IMG/VR virus record: IMGVR_UViG_3300020381_000021
Location: 1-36,846 of that record
Source of the DNA: a virus
Taxonomy: Duplodnaviria; Caudoviricetes
Direction: 5' to 3' (one strand)
DNA: 36,846 nt
The position numbers and the translations under genes were made by a program. The notes under the pieces were generated by a model, which saw only the letters and a program-made list of their open reading frames with translations, made no database searches and was not told the DNA's origin. Numbering within the stretch: position 1 is the first letter of the stretch; every line of letters begins with the position of its first letter. This document shows positions 35,401 to 36,846 of the stretch, in pieces.

Positions 35401-36525
35401 CACTCCATCAGAAACTAAGTTATTTGTTTCAACTAATGTCAAGCAACCACCTCCACCACCAGAGATACCAGTTAGTGAAGAACCATCACCATATAATTTG
35501 TATGCGGATACAATACCAACACTTAACTTACTTGTGACTGCAGCTCCGACAAGATTATCTGGTGCGGTTGTTCCAATACCCACAAGAGTTTCACCAGCAG
35601 TATTCTTACAACCAACCACATAATAAACATAACGTGCATTTACATCTGTACTATATCTACAAGATCCAATTACCAGTTGTTGATGACCTACTGCAGATGG
35701 TAGGCATATTTGAGCACCAATAGCAATATTTGAACAACCACAACACTGATTCTTAGCAGCACCAAGTCCAAAGTAGGCATTGTAGTATCCACCACACTTT
35801 TGATTTTGTGCAGTATATTTTCCGACAAATACGTTACCACCACCTCCAATAAAGCACCTTCCTGCACAGGCACCTATCATGGTATTACTATTACCAGTCG
35901 CACATAATCCAGCACTCTGTCCAAAGTAAGCATTGTATGTTCCACCAGTCGCACACTTACCAGCATCTCTACCGACGTATGTGTTAAGTTGTCCTGTGGT
36001 GTTACAATATCCTGCACAACTACCAATATGAACACTATTCCAACCATATTCTATTGTAGAATATGAAGCCTTATTACCTATGGCAATATGAGTATTATAT
36101 GTGTAATTATATCCAGCCTCTTTACCAATAAGTATATTTGAACCTTGAGACTTAGAGGAATTACCCATCGCCTTGTTTCCGATGACGATTGAATCAGATG
36201 CTGTGGTGATACCCATTCCAACACAATTTCCAATCACAATATTATCATCACCTGTACTTACATTTTTACCAGCACATTGTCCCAATAAAATATTATTTTC
36301 ACCATCACCTGTGATATTACATCCAGCACATACTCCATCAGAAACAAAGTTAGTGGTTTCGACTAACTTCAGGCAACCACCTCCACCAGCACTTATTCCA
36401 GTTAATTGTGATCCATCTCCATGGTAAGTTACAATACCAGCAGCACCAACCGTCGCACCTGAACCAACAGCAGTAATTTTAAAATTATTTACCTGATCAA
36501 TCTGATGATTAATATTAATTGCCAT
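32440..36525 (-). CDS. Large Cys-rich tail fiber/adhesin with YadA-head-like 14-15-aa repeats
   Basis: Dozens of N(I/T)x(I/V)GxxAG repeats in three blocks separated by GIGTT.P...KLSVGI.SAY.LYGDGS linkers. Confidence 0.8.
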   Translation of the reverse strand: MAININHQIDQVNNFKITAVGSGATVGAAGIVTYHGDGSQLTGISAGGGGCLKLVETTNFVSDGVCAGCNITGDGENNILLGQCAGKNVSTGDDNIVIGNCVGMGITTASDSIVIGNKAMGNSSKSQGSNILIGKEAGYNYTYNTHIAIGNKASYSTIEYGWNSVHIGSCAGYCNTTGQLNTYVGRDAGKCATGGTYNAYFGQSAGLCATGNSNTMIGACAGRCFIGGGGNVFVGKYTAQNQKCGGYYNAYFGLGAAKNQCCGCSNIAIGAQICLPSAVGHQQLVIGSCRYSTDVNARYVYYVVGCKNTAGETLVGIGTTAPDNLVGAAVTSKLSVGIVSAYKLYGDGSSLTGISGGGGGCLTLVETNNLVSDGVCAGCNLNSDSDNNILIGCCAGKVKTGNGDYNVIIGDGAGKCSQSGECQVFIGRYAGGLGNNTGNYGIMIGHNAGRCNTSGQQNIFIGSDAGYKNTGAANNIYIGSGAGCNITSTEYWNIAIGCKAAFCMTGGSNNIILGCRVNAPILDGDNQLAIGVAQAYNSAITDYWITGNSDMNVGIGTTNPNAAVGAGNTAKLSVGILSAYQLYGDGSNLSGLAGFNPDAQENLYAGTGAGAASDSNTCFNVGIGYSALTGLTGTSGNPGNENVAIGKYAGAKITDGCRNILIGMNAGCCVTSAKTTTAVGHQAARDFRSGSYNSFFGSYAGMGACSGSKNTAVGNSALKNLGCSGNSDMNTGVGHRAGSCVQSACYNTFVGSYAGGGKVVTGNRNTTVGYKAGCRITSGLGNVFIGQYGGSGADLTGEANIAIGDQTGKCITSGAQNIILGCTAGFDLTEGSRNVIIGQTAGANLTTGSENIAIGCGAQGTGVVTGQQNITIGKNAGTDITSGSYNILFGRIAAQGLTTGQGNIAMGTGTLGGDLATTATGNNNVMIGNQTATGATSAACNVLIGHLAGRCVISATHNIFLGAYAGKCNCTAGKNIAIGNLAMGGAAVSGSYNVAFGANAGKCITSGISNFFGGYNAGKCNCTGARNTFIGSYAGQDNLSGKCNVAIGERVQLPVVSGDSQLAIGNNTNRWIVGNNNFNVGIGTTNPEIPVGVGNTAKLSVGIVSAYKLYGDGSALTGISGGGGGIAGIDTTGTSNFSVIKLSGSIGIGTTGTDAKLSVNTGTAATDSAALDIQGSEGSLFSVTNNLSSGSLFSVSDISGIPAINYDADGSVSMGAFGQDTVSIGQTTSGTKLGVKGSISERVHIVANKLSAATEINIDNGNVFYFSTNETTTGTPNIVSNVGINSMLSTGDSMTVVIISKPNGAGYYAELTIDGVAQTEEWLGGSAPSSAGAGGYDINTYNIIKTGNAAYIVLANTVNFA

Positions 36526-36567
36526 TAGTTCTTAAGACTCCTTATTTTGTATTTATTTGATTAAAAA

Positions 36568-36846
36568 TTAATGTTGAAGTTCAGTTGCATGAACAGTGGC
36601 AACCCAAGTTATGTTCGTACTAGACTGACCAGTTACACAAACTGCAAGAGATTGGTTCGTTGTATCAACTCCAAGTGCAATCGACCATGCAGAGGCACCA
36701 GAATCATAAGCAACATCATCAATACTTGGTGTTCCAACTAGAGATACGTTACCACTTCCTCTCTTCATAACTCCTCTGAATAACCAACCATGTGTATCAC
36801 CACCACTGGTTACATTTGCAATCACACTCCCACAGAATACATATGC
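36568..36846 (-). CDS. C-terminal part of a fiber-like structural protein (partial, enters from the right edge)
   Basis: Frame stays open to the window end (AYVFCGSVIANVTSGG...); C-terminal DTTN..L.V.VTG..ST.I.WVATV domain. Confidence 0.65.
   Translation of the reverse strand, partial: AYVFCGSVIANVTSGGDTHGWLFRGVMKRGSGNVSLVGTPSIDDVAYDSGASAWSIALGVDTTNQSLAVCVTGQSSTNITWVATVHATELQH

Noticed and set aside
32440-36525. Diversity-generating retroelement or invertible shufflon at the fiber repeats
   Set aside because: No reverse transcriptase or recombinase is in the window, the repeats are direct and in frame, and I saw no adenine-specific mismatch pattern.

Overview
An AT-rich segment of a T4-like marine cyanomyophage genome (P-SSM2/Prochlorococcus-phage-like, judged from gene content and order). 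Left to right it holds: large tail-fiber-like structural genes (the first runs off the left edge and is missing from the ORF track); the baseplate hub module (split gp5, gp27-like hub, two tape-measure-like genes, gp51, gp26, gp54-like); a + strand gp4/gp2/gp48/gp53 operon; replication and transcription genes (gp32, DUF1825, gp59, gp33, exonuclease, phoH, thyX); small conserved cyanophage ORFs; a glutaredoxin; and an accessory island with a carbamoyltransferase, a GT9-like glycosyltransferase, a sulfotransferase and Gly-rich or Cys-rich fiber genes. The most striking element is an unannotated nitrogen-sensing cassette on the minus strand at about 25100-25680: an NtcA box, a sigma70 promoter, two tandem glutamine-II (Downstream-peptide) riboswitch aptamers, a DUF4278-like peptide, a hydrophobic peptide and a terminator. 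The second aptamer carries an entire 58-aa ORF inside its P2 loop. Also notable are a candidate -1 frameshift fusing gp26 to gp51 and a fiber with about 50 Cys residues next to protein/glycan-modifying enzymes. All family assignments come from motif recognition and synteny; no database searches were run.
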